This document shows positions 54,524 to 64,000 of a stretch of DNA of 64,000 nt, piece after piece. The stretch comes from Savitreella phatthalungensis (lineage: Eukaryota): contig AP039690.1 in assembly GCA_051599415.1 (NCBI GenBank), positions 682,001 through 746,000 on the forward strand. The letters run 5' to 3'. Made by a program: the position numbers and the translations under genes. Under the pieces are notes generated by a model. That model ran no database searches and was not told the DNA's origin. It saw nothing but the letters and a program-made list of their open reading frames with translations. Positions within the stretch are counted from its first letter, which is position 1. Every line of letters begins with the position of its first letter.

Positions 54524-54775
54524 CTTTGTTCCTCACGCTGTCGACTGCGTGCTCTTCTCGTACCGCTCTAACTGCGAGCGTGTATGTATGTACTCACTTG
54601 TACGTGTGCTGTCAACAAAAACAAAATTTACGCCTTCCAGAGTCGACAATCCTGATTTCACATGCCAAGCCTTTTCCATCCTCATTAACCTCGAGTCAAG
54701 GATGCACAAAACACTTCTGTCACAAAGTCATCAAGACGCGTTCTTTAAACCTCATCACCACGCTCTCAGTGTGAG

Positions 54776-55825
54776 ATGTCTCCGAGTCTGAGTTTGGGAC
54801 TGCAGTGTCTGCTACAGACGTTTCTCTCACAGAGTGCTCTGACGACGTCGCGCGTTGTGGAAGTGCTCTCCCGTCTGCGGTCACTAGACCGTCTATCGCT
54901 ATCGATCCCGGCTGACGCAGACGACGACCTGGACACCCCCATCACCCCTAGCTACGTCGCCACACAGATCGGCAAGATCAACAGCGCGATCACATCGCTC
55001 GACTATGAGATCCGGCGATCGCGTCTAGAGACGCCTGACCCGAATCACCAGGACGCCCTACCGACGAGTGAGACGCTCTGGGTGTTTTGCAACGCGGTTG
55101 CCGATGGGATGACTGCGCTGGCGACGACACACACTGCTGACGAGGTTGGTTGGATTCGATTGTTGCTGAGGCGGATGCTGGTGGATAACAACACCGTCCG
55201 GAGGGAAGCTCTCGGGTGCACTACCAAAGAAGCCATCCTCCTTGCCGGCCACCCCGACACCGCCACCCACATCACCAAGGCCGGCGCAGAAAAGCTCCTA
55301 GGTCGTCTTGTGGATGAAGGCTGGCTCGATCGGTCTGACCGGGGTTGGGTGAGTTTGAGTGCGCGAGCGGTGGCTGAGTTGGGTGGGTATGTGGATGGGC
55401 GGTTTGGGTCGAGGGTGAGGGTGAGGCGACGACGGCGTGATGGGAGGTTGTTGTCGCTTGCGACAGTTGGGATGGAGGGCGATGCAGAGGAGGTTGTCAT
55501 GTACGATCTGCCACCGATCAAGTCGTGCTCGCTGTGCAGGCTCGCGTGCGCAAATGGGTACAGGTGCGCGGACGCGTACTGCTTGGGAAGGGCTCACGGC
55601 TCGTGCTTGAGGGAGTACTTGACCCCCCAGAATTCAGCGAGTACGAGCACGAGTGTGAAGAAGTGTCCACTGTGCGGCGAGCGCGATTGGAGCAACATCT
55701 CAGCACTAGGTGGCGTCGGAGAGCTCGCGATGATGTTGGAGCCAATGGAACTGCCTGAGGGAGCTTTGGAGGACGCCGAGTCCGCAGGCTCAGATGATGA
55801 AAATGAAGATGAGGATGATCAATGA
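54776..55825 (+). CDS. NSE1: Smc5/6 subunit Nse1 (tandem winged helix + NH-RING)
   Basis: INSAITSLDYEIR, AEKLLGRLVDEGWL...SLSARAVAEL, C-terminal CxxC...C...C...HxxC...CPLC. Confidence 0.88.
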   Translation: MSPSLSLGLQCLLQTFLSQSALTTSRVVEVLSRLRSLDRLSLSIPADADDDLDTPITPSYVATQIGKINSAITSLDYEIRRSRLETPDPNHQDALPTSETLWVFCNAVADGMTALATTHTADEVGWIRLLLRRMLVDNNTVRREALGCTTKEAILLAGHPDTATHITKAGAEKLLGRLVDEGWLDRSDRGWVSLSARAVAELGGYVDGRFGSRVRVRRRRRDGRLLSLATVGMEGDAEEVVMYDLPPIKSCSLCRLACANGYRCADAYCLGRAHGSCLREYLTPQNSASTSTSVKKCPLCGERDWSNISALGGVGELAMMLEPMELPEGALEDAESAGSDDENEDEDDQ

Positions 55826-55911
55826 TAACGAACACACACATAGGAACCCGGATTTACCCAATAGATATGAAAAGTCTACTATAGGATCTACGATAGTCGC
55901 TGTATACCGCC

Positions 55912-58900
55912 TTATCCGTACTCGACAATCTCACTCTGTTGCGCACGGCCGGAGGCATCGATGATCGCATCGATATTGTTGATCGAGACAGTTGCCGACG
56001 CGCCGGTACCTGTGAGCGGGCTTTGGTCCATGCCTGTGGCTGCGTCTTTGCGGGTGACGGCGCCAGCATTGCGAGTGGATCTGGCCGGAGTCGTGGAAGT
56101 TTCATCATTGGGCGGCTTGGCTGAGAGAGGTTGAGGCAAGTGTCCTGTGAGGGCTTGTTGGATGTTAGCCTGTCTGAGAGCATCGAGATCGCCAAGCTCC
56201 ATCCCGAATTCGACCTCATCCACGAGATCGTGCCAAAAGTCGTCGGCAATCTGATCGACATGTCGGTCGGCAAGTGCTCGTGCGCCAGGCGGGCAAGGAT
56301 GTGCAAAGTCAGGTCCAAAATTCAGCCGCACACTACCGCCATTGAAGCATGATATCGCAGGGTAGTATCCGAGAGTACCATCGTCCCGCTGAACTCGCTG
56401 CTGCATCGAGCCGCTTGCATTGGCATACGAATTTGGAGGCCAGAATGACCAGAGGTCTGTGAAGGCTGCATCAGAGCCAGCGCGCTTGCCATTGATGTAG
56501 ATCGTCAAAGAGCTTCCAGGAAGTGTAGGAACTTTTGCTAGAGCTTCCTGCGGTGTGGTGCCTGCCTCTCGATGAGCGACCGGATTCGGATTCAGGAGAT
56601 CGTCCATTTCCTTCGTAGCCACGTACTCCGGCTGCTCGAAGTAGAGCTGCTGGCGGTAGCGGATCGGGATTCTGTCCCGCACAACAGACCAGTCCATGGG
56701 TCTGTCGTTAATGACAGACATACCCGAGTTGGTCATTTGTGGAATACCAGAGCCAGGCCCAGCAACTTTGCCGCGGCTAGCACTGCCAGGGGTGCCGGCA
56801 CGTCCACCATCTTTGCGCTTCTTGTTGCCGGTATTGAAAGGCGGTGCGGGCACTTGGCTGGGTGCCGAGGGGAGAACGAGATGAAATCCGATGATGTCGC
56901 CTGTGCCGAAGGATGTCGCAAATGGTCGAGGTCGTGACAGATGAAGCTTCTCGCCTCCGCGATCACGAATGCCATAGGAGTATGCATCGAAGCCAACGGG
57001 CCCTTCGAGACTGGCTTCGCGACGAGCGACACCAAGGCGCACATGTCCTCCCTTGTCGCCGTTCCCGCGCAGTACTTTGACTTCCCAGTACCACGACCCT
57101 TCGCGCATGCAGATGTTCGCACGCGCCATCCGGAAGCCTTTGTCAGTAGTGGCCGAGAGACCGTCGCGAGAGGTATACATGTACGGACTCATGTCGTACC
57201 ACTCTACTCTTGGTCCGCAGGGCTCGACTTCAGTCTGCGTGTACATGATCGATGGAAGTGAGGTCTGAGCCCTGCACGGCGTGTACTTGAAGCCACGTTT
57301 GTTGAACGGGATCTCTGACATGGCAAAATACGGCCCATCGGCAAAGTCACCTTCGACCTGCGTCATCACTGGCTGTCGCGGTGCTGAATCGAAGTCTTGT
57401 GGCTTGTACGGTGGCGGTCTGATCCGAGGAGGTCGTGAAGGATCAATCAGGGGTGTCTCGATCTTTCGTGTCGACAGAGGCTTTTTCGTGATGCTTTTCT
57501 TGTCCGAGGGTCGCTCGAAAGGCTCAGGCTGAATCGGTTCTGCAGAGTCAACGATTGGAATACCCGGTGCGAACACAGGTGGCTCGCTGTCATCCTCCAC
57601 GACGACAGTCTCCCCGGCGACAGGCTCGCGCTTGACCTTGGGTGCGCGTTTGCGTGGTTGCTCGTCCGCATCCAGCTCTGGCGGTACGTCAAAGTCGCCT
57701 AGCTTACGCTTTCGGGGTTCAGTGTAGGTGCCAGGTCGGATGTTGAAAAGATTTGGGTCGTGCAGCCTCCACGGACTATTGGCGTTACGTTCAGACTCCT
57801 TGGCTGCCTGAAAGGTGTCTGTATCCTTGATCATCCATGTGCCAAAAGTCAAAGCCCAGATTGGTGTCACCTCTCGATCGAGGCAGATCGCGTGCCAATG
57901 GTCCGGATCATTGAGGTATGGTACAATGTCTCTCTTTCGATAAAACCAGCCATCACACTCGAGCTCCTGCTTGTGCTGAGCCGCAAATCGATCTTTCTCC
58001 CAGTCAGGATGGTCAGCCTGCAGTTGTTTGAGCATCAAATTAGCGAGCGCCGTGACAGCGGTGCTGTGCCATGTCGATGGTATACGCTCAAACTCTTCCG
58101 TATCATTGCTGGAACAATTTCGACATATGAAGCGGTAGTTCGTTACAAATGGCACGATTGGGCCAAGATCGACCTTTGTACATCGCCCGTGGAAGAAGTT
58201 CTTGCATGATGCACAGTAGAGATCGAGGTCGAGCAGGTTACGATCCTCTCCGCAATAGCAGTATCTGTTAAGCTGATTGACTGTTCTTTCAGCATTCCAT
58301 TCTAGATCAGCCATATTATAGGGGAGCTTGTCGCTGTGATCTGGAGGAGGACGATTATCTTTCGGTCGTCGTCTCGGTGCCGGCCTCGAAGGCCCATTTT
58401 CTACAGATGTGGCTTGAGTGGTAGCGTCCACGCTCGCCCCTCTGTCATGATTCAAGAGATCCTGAACGCTGGATCGGCGAGGTGCTTCCGCAACGCCAGC
58501 CGATGACGATGGTTGGGTGTTCGCTGGTTGCGCATGGAAGTGACCCTGATATGCTTGCTGAGGTGAAGGACTAGGCTGTTGTGGGTTTGGTTGAAACAGC
58601 GTGTGCGATTGACGAGGGTAGTGCTCTACGGATGGGTGCTGCTGTGGAGGATACTGCTGCGTTGCATGCCCTCCATATTGTTGCGCTTGATGCTGTATTG
58701 GCGGATAGTGTGGATGTCCCTGCTGGTTGGGTCCTCTATTAGGATGTGGCGGTGGGTAAGGCTGGTATCCAGCCGGTGGATATGATGCTGGCACGTACCC
58801 TGATGGATATTCATTGTGATTCTGCGGGTAGGGCGATGGCTGGGGGTATCCGTTCGGGCCAGCGCGCTGCTCGGGATAAGCATTGTGTGCAGATGAGTGG

Positions 58901-59046
58901 CTAGGAGGGTATTGGCCTTGTGGATGTGCATAAAATCCCGGCGGATACTGAGATTGAGCGTGCAAAACAGCTGCAGGAGGAATCCTCGGGGGAGGCCGTT
59001 CGTGACCTTGACCTTCATCTTGGCCTGGGCCCTGCGGATTGCTCAT
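55912..59046 (-). CDS. ASH2: Set1C/COMPASS subunit Ash2/Bre2 (PHD-like + winged helix + SPRY)
   Basis: YCYCG...CASCKNFFH...NYRFICRNC; FNKRGFKY; GFRMARAN; HVRLG; GFDAYSYGIRD; YYPAIS...NFGPDF. Confidence 0.93.
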   Translation of the reverse strand: MSNPQGPGQDEGQGHERPPPRIPPAAVLHAQSQYPPGFYAHPQGQYPPSHSSAHNAYPEQRAGPNGYPQPSPYPQNHNEYPSGYVPASYPPAGYQPYPPPHPNRGPNQQGHPHYPPIQHQAQQYGGHATQQYPPQQHPSVEHYPRQSHTLFQPNPQQPSPSPQQAYQGHFHAQPANTQPSSSAGVAEAPRRSSVQDLLNHDRGASVDATTQATSVENGPSRPAPRRRPKDNRPPPDHSDKLPYNMADLEWNAERTVNQLNRYCYCGEDRNLLDLDLYCASCKNFFHGRCTKVDLGPIVPFVTNYRFICRNCSSNDTEEFERIPSTWHSTAVTALANLMLKQLQADHPDWEKDRFAAQHKQELECDGWFYRKRDIVPYLNDPDHWHAICLDREVTPIWALTFGTWMIKDTDTFQAAKESERNANSPWRLHDPNLFNIRPGTYTEPRKRKLGDFDVPPELDADEQPRKRAPKVKREPVAGETVVVEDDSEPPVFAPGIPIVDSAEPIQPEPFERPSDKKSITKKPLSTRKIETPLIDPSRPPRIRPPPYKPQDFDSAPRQPVMTQVEGDFADGPYFAMSEIPFNKRGFKYTPCRAQTSLPSIMYTQTEVEPCGPRVEWYDMSPYMYTSRDGLSATTDKGFRMARANICMREGSWYWEVKVLRGNGDKGGHVRLGVARREASLEGPVGFDAYSYGIRDRGGEKLHLSRPRPFATSFGTGDIIGFHLVLPSAPSQVPAPPFNTGNKKRKDGGRAGTPGSASRGKVAGPGSGIPQMTNSGMSVINDRPMDWSVVRDRIPIRYRQQLYFEQPEYVATKEMDDLLNPNPVAHREAGTTPQEALAKVPTLPGSSLTIYINGKRAGSDAAFTDLWSFWPPNSYANASGSMQQRVQRDDGTLGYYPAISCFNGGSVRLNFGPDFAHPCPPGARALADRHVDQIADDFWHDLVDEVEFGMELGDLDALRQANIQQALTGHLPQPLSAKPPNDETSTTPARSTRNAGAVTRKDAATGMDQSPLTGTGASATVSINNIDAIIDASGRAQQSEIVEYG

Positions 59047-59583
59047 CGAAGACGCGCTTGTCTACCGGTGTAAAACAGGTTGAACCCTCAGCATATGCAC
59101 ACTCTGTTTTCTGACTAGGTGTAAGGCTTCTAGTGCAGAGCTCCTGATGACCCACGGATGATGACTCTCTTCATGAGGACTTGTCAGTGTGGAGGAGGAG
59201 AGGATATACTTGGTATAGAGTGTGCCGGAAGAGTGAATGGTGTCGCCTGCCTTGCTGCTTTGATTAACTGTCTCAGGATTCAGTGGAGCCGGCATATAGC
59301 CACACTCACGTTAAAGCACAGCCACAGCATTGTCTCAGTGCACGTGCTTCTGTTCGTGAAGAATCATCCCAGGCACGTGCATCGACTCGATCAAATTACA
59401 CAAAGCTCAAGCCCCGTATATATGCACATATACTCTTGTGTACCTGAAAGGTCACCACCATACAGTTGATTCACTCATCCTACAGTACCCGAACTCGAGT
59501 TGACAATCCACTTTAAGCCTGATAAGGTAGATTGGTAGGGTTAACGTCATCTGCTGCGCTCGATTGATCTAAACTTTTGAAGG

Positions 59584-61020
59584 ATGCCGAAGGCGCAGAA
59601 GCCGCCGAGGCACGAAGGCCTTGCTTCCCAGTATCTGCAGGAGCCTGGTGCAGAAGCTGCTGCTCGACAGACACGAAAGAGTCTCGCTCGACCTTCCACA
59701 AAATCCAAGCACGCTGAGCGGGAAGAAAAGGATGAGGAGTTTGTGGATGCCAAGATGTCAAGAAAGATCCTTGACCTCGCTCGCCAACAGCAGGAGGAGA
59801 TTGAGCATGAGGATGGGATGAAGGCTTCCCGTCGCGACATCGCCAACCTTGTCAACAATAACGGAAGCAGTGGCACCGCTGCAGTATCTCTCACAAAGGC
59901 TAGAGACACTCTGAACGACCCGCGGATCATGCCTGACGATGATAGCGGTGATGACGACGACAACAATGACGACCGGAACAATAACGATTATGACGATTCA
60001 GACGAGGGTGAATTTGGTGGATTTGGCAGTGGAGACGAGGAAGTCGAGGAGTTGATTGTGGATGAGGAGGATGAGGCAATCTTTGAGAAACTGATGCCGC
60101 AATCGGCCATGCCACGCCAGACGCTGGCTGAGATGATCCTCGAGCGGATAGAACAGCAACAGAAGACGTTGGATAACGATTCATCCCACATACTCGCTCC
60201 CACTCAACCGGCTCCTCCCCAGCTACCACCAAAGGTCGTCGAGGTCTACACGAAAGTCGGCGTCCTGCTGTCACGGTACCGCTCTGGCAAGCTGCCAAAA
60301 GCTTTCAAGATCATCCCATCCTTGCGCAATTGGCAGGATATCCTGTACTTGACGCGGCCGGACATGTGGTCTGCCGGTGCATGCTATGAAGCAACGCGGC
60401 TACTCGTGTCCAACTTGACTGCGGCGCAGTGCCAGCGATTCATGCGCGACATTTTGCTCCCTCGCGTCCGCGACGACATCGCAGCCAATAAGAAACTCAA
60501 CTACCACCTGTACATGTCGCTCAAGAAGGCGTTGTACAAGCCTGCTGCCTTCTTCAAGGGATTCCTCTTCCCGCTCGTCCAGTCTGGATCGTGCACACTC
60601 AAAGAAAGCGCGATCGTTGCATCTGTGCTGACGAAAGTGTCAGTGCCTGCGCTCCACTCAGCTGCCGCGTTGCTGAGGCTCGCGGAGATGGAGTTCTCAG
60701 GCCCGGCTGCGTTGTTCATCCGCGTGTTGCTGGACAAGAAGTACGCGCTGCCATTCAAGGTCGTTGACGGGTTGGTGCTGCACTTTTTGAGATGGCGAGC
60801 TCACGACAGACCGTTCGCAGTGCTTGAGCACCAGTCCCTCCTCGTCTTCGCTCAGCGGTACAAGCAGGACATGACAGTCGAGCAGAAGCAAGCCCTGCTC
60901 GACGTCGTTCGTCTCAAAGGACACGACAAGATTGGCCCGGAAGTCAAGCGTGAACTGACCCAGTCGATCAGCAGAGGCGACCCGCTTCCTCCAGAGATCG
61001 ACACCGAGATGCAGCTGTAG
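59584..61020 (+). CDS. ENP1: Bystin, 40S biogenesis factor
   Basis: SRKILDLARQQQEE, YRSGKLPKAFKIIP, KLNYHLY, LLDKKYALP, HQSLLVFAQRYK. Confidence 0.98.
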   Translation: MPKAQKPPRHEGLASQYLQEPGAEAAARQTRKSLARPSTKSKHAEREEKDEEFVDAKMSRKILDLARQQQEEIEHEDGMKASRRDIANLVNNNGSSGTAAVSLTKARDTLNDPRIMPDDDSGDDDDNNDDRNNNDYDDSDEGEFGGFGSGDEEVEELIVDEEDEAIFEKLMPQSAMPRQTLAEMILERIEQQQKTLDNDSSHILAPTQPAPPQLPPKVVEVYTKVGVLLSRYRSGKLPKAFKIIPSLRNWQDILYLTRPDMWSAGACYEATRLLVSNLTAAQCQRFMRDILLPRVRDDIAANKKLNYHLYMSLKKALYKPAAFFKGFLFPLVQSGSCTLKESAIVASVLTKVSVPALHSAAALLRLAEMEFSGPAALFIRVLLDKKYALPFKVVDGLVLHFLRWRAHDRPFAVLEHQSLLVFAQRYKQDMTVEQKQALLDVVRLKGHDKIGPEVKRELTQSISRGDPLPPEIDTEMQL

Positions 61021-61041
61021 ATAATGTCATCCATCGCCCGT

Positions 61042-61923
61042 CTACCCCGTCAAACGTGTTCTCACAGTCGCCGGGATCTGGTCTGGCGTCTTTGCTCCAT
61101 GCCGGAGAAGAATACTGTAGCATTGGCGTGTAGCTTCGTCTGGCTGTACTGCTGGAGACTCTAGCCCTGCGACGTCGATGAGCAGCGTCATTGCTCCTAC
61201 CGCTGCCTCACCCACATCCCTGCCCTCTCGCGCCAGCAGAGCATCCAAGCTTCCTGGCGCCAGCATCTCCACGGCCAGATGTATCAACAGCGTCTGCGGA
61301 CGCTCACCTTCCACGGGATCTCCTAGATCGATTGGACTTTCGAGCGCGAGCTCATGAAGCTCGCATAGTCCTAGGAGGATCGCGGGATCGTCGGCCTCGA
61401 GCGCTGCTAGGAGGTCGTCGACGAAGGTCGGTTCGTATGGTGTTGCTTCCGCTGCAACGACACCACGCGACACTGATGAGCCTGAGCCTCCTGCCGTCGC
61501 ACGTAGGACATCTAGCATCCGTGCTGTAGGCCAGCATGCGGGCGCGTTGTCGAGAACGAGCTCGCAGTACTGCAGACGTGCCTCATCCACCCACGTGGCT
61601 GTGCCGGTGGAGGAGAAGGTGTGGTCGATCCAGCCTGCAGCGGTCGACCACGCTTGCCACTGCGCGAGCTTGCGTGGGTTCGTGATCGACCACAGGCAGC
61701 GGGTGTACCATGGTGGTGAGGTTAAAACAGAGGGACCCGAGCAGGTGGATGCGCATTTGTAGAGGGCGTAGAGCCACAGGAGCTTCGACCGCGGTAGCTG
61801 TGAGAGGGCTTCCTGCTGCGAGCCGATGTATCGCGACAGTGAATCGAATGGGATGTCGCGCGTCTCTTGCTCGATCCGAGCTCGCCGCGCCGCGCGCGCT
61901 GGATCTTGGAAGAAGGTCATCAC
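61042..61923 (-). CDS. Divergent acyl-CoA-binding domain protein with ankyrin-like C-terminus
   Basis: LLWLYALYK...PP...KLAQWQAW...EARLQYCELV matches the ACBP pattern; TLLIHLAVE and LLRHGAK are ankyrin-like. Confidence 0.65.
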   Translation of the reverse strand: MMTFFQDPARAARRARIEQETRDIPFDSLSRYIGSQQEALSQLPRSKLLWLYALYKCASTCSGPSVLTSPPWYTRCLWSITNPRKLAQWQAWSTAAGWIDHTFSSTGTATWVDEARLQYCELVLDNAPACWPTARMLDVLRATAGGSGSSVSRGVVAAEATPYEPTFVDDLLAALEADDPAILLGLCELHELALESPIDLGDPVEGERPQTLLIHLAVEMLAPGSLDALLAREGRDVGEAAVGAMTLLIDVAGLESPAVQPDEATRQCYSILLRHGAKTPDQIPATVRTRLTG

Positions 61924-62368
61924 CCTTCCTACCTACCAGCCAGTTGTCCGGCTAAACGTTCTCCGCACATGCGCTTGTGCTCATGGGATTGACCATGGTT
62001 TGGTCGATTTTGCTTGGCGTCTGGTGCAGCGTGAACTAGAGTCGCCAAAATTTATGGAGCCGCAGCAACCAGGTGGCCGGGGCGACCTTGAACTCGACTG
62101 CGGAAATTGCTGAACTTCAAATTGAGAGGCAAATATTGCGAGTAGAGGCAAGCACAACTGGCGGGCGTTATGATGCAATCGTTACTATGAGAGGACGGCC
62201 TGTACGCCGTGATAGACAAATGCTGCAGACACTATAGCTGCGCTTGATCCTGCCAATTTGAGTGACATGGTTAATCCATCAAGAAGCAGACAGTAATGAA
62301 GTGGAAAGCTGTGGATGAGGTTGGGTACGTGAATCGTTCATCATAAAAAGCTCGAAGACTTAAGGAGC

Positions 62369-63852
62369 TCAGTGGCCGTCGAGACGCGGCATGCGCTCCA
62401 GGCTCTCGAGTAGGAGATCCAGCTCTCGGAAGTTTTCAGTCGTGTTGGCGTATTGACGATGCTGAGGCGTCTTGATGTGCTGCTGAAAGTCGGTAAATTT
62501 GGCTCTGCAGTTCTCGCAATATCCTTCACGATTGTCAACCACTTTGATGCGTTTCGAATCGGTAGGGTCGATGCTGTTGGTCAAGCCTGAAGCAGCTGCA
62601 ATCTCTTGCTGTTGTTTTTGAGCTGCCGCTGTAAGCGTTGGCTTCGTTGTTGAGCCAGTGGCTGTTGTAGCTGGCGGTATCATGGTCCTTGTCTTTGACG
62701 TCACCGCCTTCTTTTGCAAATTTGCGAGCATAGCAGAGTTGTTATTATTACCAACCACGGAGCCACTTAGGTGATGCGTGGCCGACCTGATGTTAGATTG
62801 GATGGCAGAGGTGATGGAGTGCATGCCCGATGCGTATGCAGTGCCGCCGTTGTTCATCGACATCGAACGCTCGAGGAATGGTACTCGTGTCGCTACGGGC
62901 GTGGATTCCCGTGCTTCCGCAACAATATCCCTGACAAAAGGACACCTGCCTGGTCGTGTCATTCGCCATTGCGGCCAATCGCCTTCTCTAGCATCTCGAA
63001 CGGGTGCCCACTCCCGGTGCATGATGGGGCGGAACTGCTCGGACATGTCTCGGACGAGGATGTAAGGTCCCTGAAACGGAATGACCTCATTTTGTCCGAG
63101 GTGACGATCACGCCAGAGAGTCGTCGACAGGGTCTGCGCTTTGTATTGAGCGGGATGTTGCTGCGCAAAAATGGACTTTAGGATGTCACGCAGCTTACGC
63201 AGCGGCCAGATGCGCATTTTGAAGATCTGTGCTTTTACGAGAATGTCCTGCATGTCACTGTGAGGAATAGGTCAGTAGCAATTCACAATTATGGCAGCAT
63301 GCACTGGGAGGCTTACCTGGCGTTTGCGACGTCGGGCATAGTAGGCACATCCCGTGTGGTAATGACGTGCGTAACCGTCCGATCGAAGAATGGAGATACT
63401 TGTCCACGGAGTCCCTCGACGCGTCTCCGATACTTATATGCTTCCTCTTCAGTGACAGCATCAAAGTAGAGACGCATTGTCGGGAGCGCTTTGCGGTACT
63501 GCTCGCACCATTGCGCGATAAGTTGTTCGTGTGACGCGCGAGCAGATGCCTCCTTACTCGCTGCTTTCTGTTGAGCCTCGTCATTTTGTGCTGTACGCTC
63601 GACAGACTGCGCTTGTGTAGATTGCTGGAGTGTTGCCTGTTGCTGACGCGCAGTACGAGCTGTAGTTAGGTCATTGAAGGTCTTTAATCTCTTCGGCTCG
63701 AGCTGAAGAGCTTCTTCGAGCTGAGCATCCCGTCTGACATCCTCTCTGTTGCTGAACAGGCGCTTTCGGATGTTCTCCTTGCCTGGCTGAATGGGTTGTG
63801 ACGGGACTGGGATGTTTGTAGACTTCTTGGTGAGGACCTGTCGACTGGCCAT
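62369..63852 (-). CDS. DBF4: Cdc7/Hsk1 regulatory subunit Dbf4/Dfp1; two exons (63852-63317, 63257-62369), about 474 aa
   Basis: Motif N (LYFD...FFDRTVTHVITTR...AQIFKMRIW), motif M (PYILVRDMSEQFRPIM), motif C (GYCENCRAKF...H...H); 59-nt GTAAGC...CTGAC...CAG intron. Confidence 0.93.
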
Positions 63853-63892
63853 GGCCGGTAGACTTTGTCCACCGATGCCAGAGGGTAGCGTC

Positions 63893-63972
63893 ACGCGAAT
63901 GACGCGTCCTCGACCTGTCTATGCCTCGTCAGAAGACCTCAGGAAGGTACCTTGTGCTGTGATTTTGACGCG
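63893..63972. promoter_or_regulatory. Cluster of MCB-like ACGCG(T) elements upstream of DBF4
   Basis: ACGCGA 63893, ACGCGT 63902, ACGCG 63968, all within 120 bp of the ATG. Confidence 0.5.
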
Positions 63973-64000
63973 GTCACGTCGAACGAGTATAGGTGAATTC

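Noticed and set aside
1..64000. Numerous short antisense or alternate-frame ORFs in the track; CRISPR, rRNA and tRNA genes
   Set aside because: The short ORFs are shadows of GC-rich coding genes with no motifs. No CRISPR array or structural RNA gene was recognised, although a manual scan can miss small RNAs.

Overview
Gene-dense, intron-poor fungal (ascomycete) chromosomal DNA. The gene set and short CTGAC-branch introns suggest an early-diverging ascomycete such as Taphrinomycotina, which is an inference only. About 24 host genes are present: the 5' part of a carotenoid oxygenase missed by the ORF track, a secreted aspartic protease, an SLC35E3-like transporter, RAD4, ERG6, an OPT transporter, PPT1, CIA1, YAK1, LAMTOR2, TOR, ETR1, a small conserved protein, an F-box protein, NPY1, NMD5, NCB2, ARP6, an atypical Rab, profilin, GOT1, NSE1, ASH2, ENP1, an ACBP-like protein and DBF4. 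Two young transposons are inserted. One is a 6.1-kb chromodomain Ty3/Gypsy element (identical 164-bp LTRs, CCTCC target-site duplication). The other is a 1.9-kb Fot1/pogo DNA transposon (perfect 42-bp TIRs). The most striking structure is in the retroelement: the protease and a degenerate dUTPase-like domain lie in the gag frame, and RT-RH-IN appears to be reached by a -1 frameshift at G_GAU_UUU followed by a predicted three-stem pseudoknot. A single in-frame UGA also interrupts gag. Both elements carry one apparent lesion explicable as TCG>TTG. LAMTOR2 sits head-to-head with TOR, next to YAK1.
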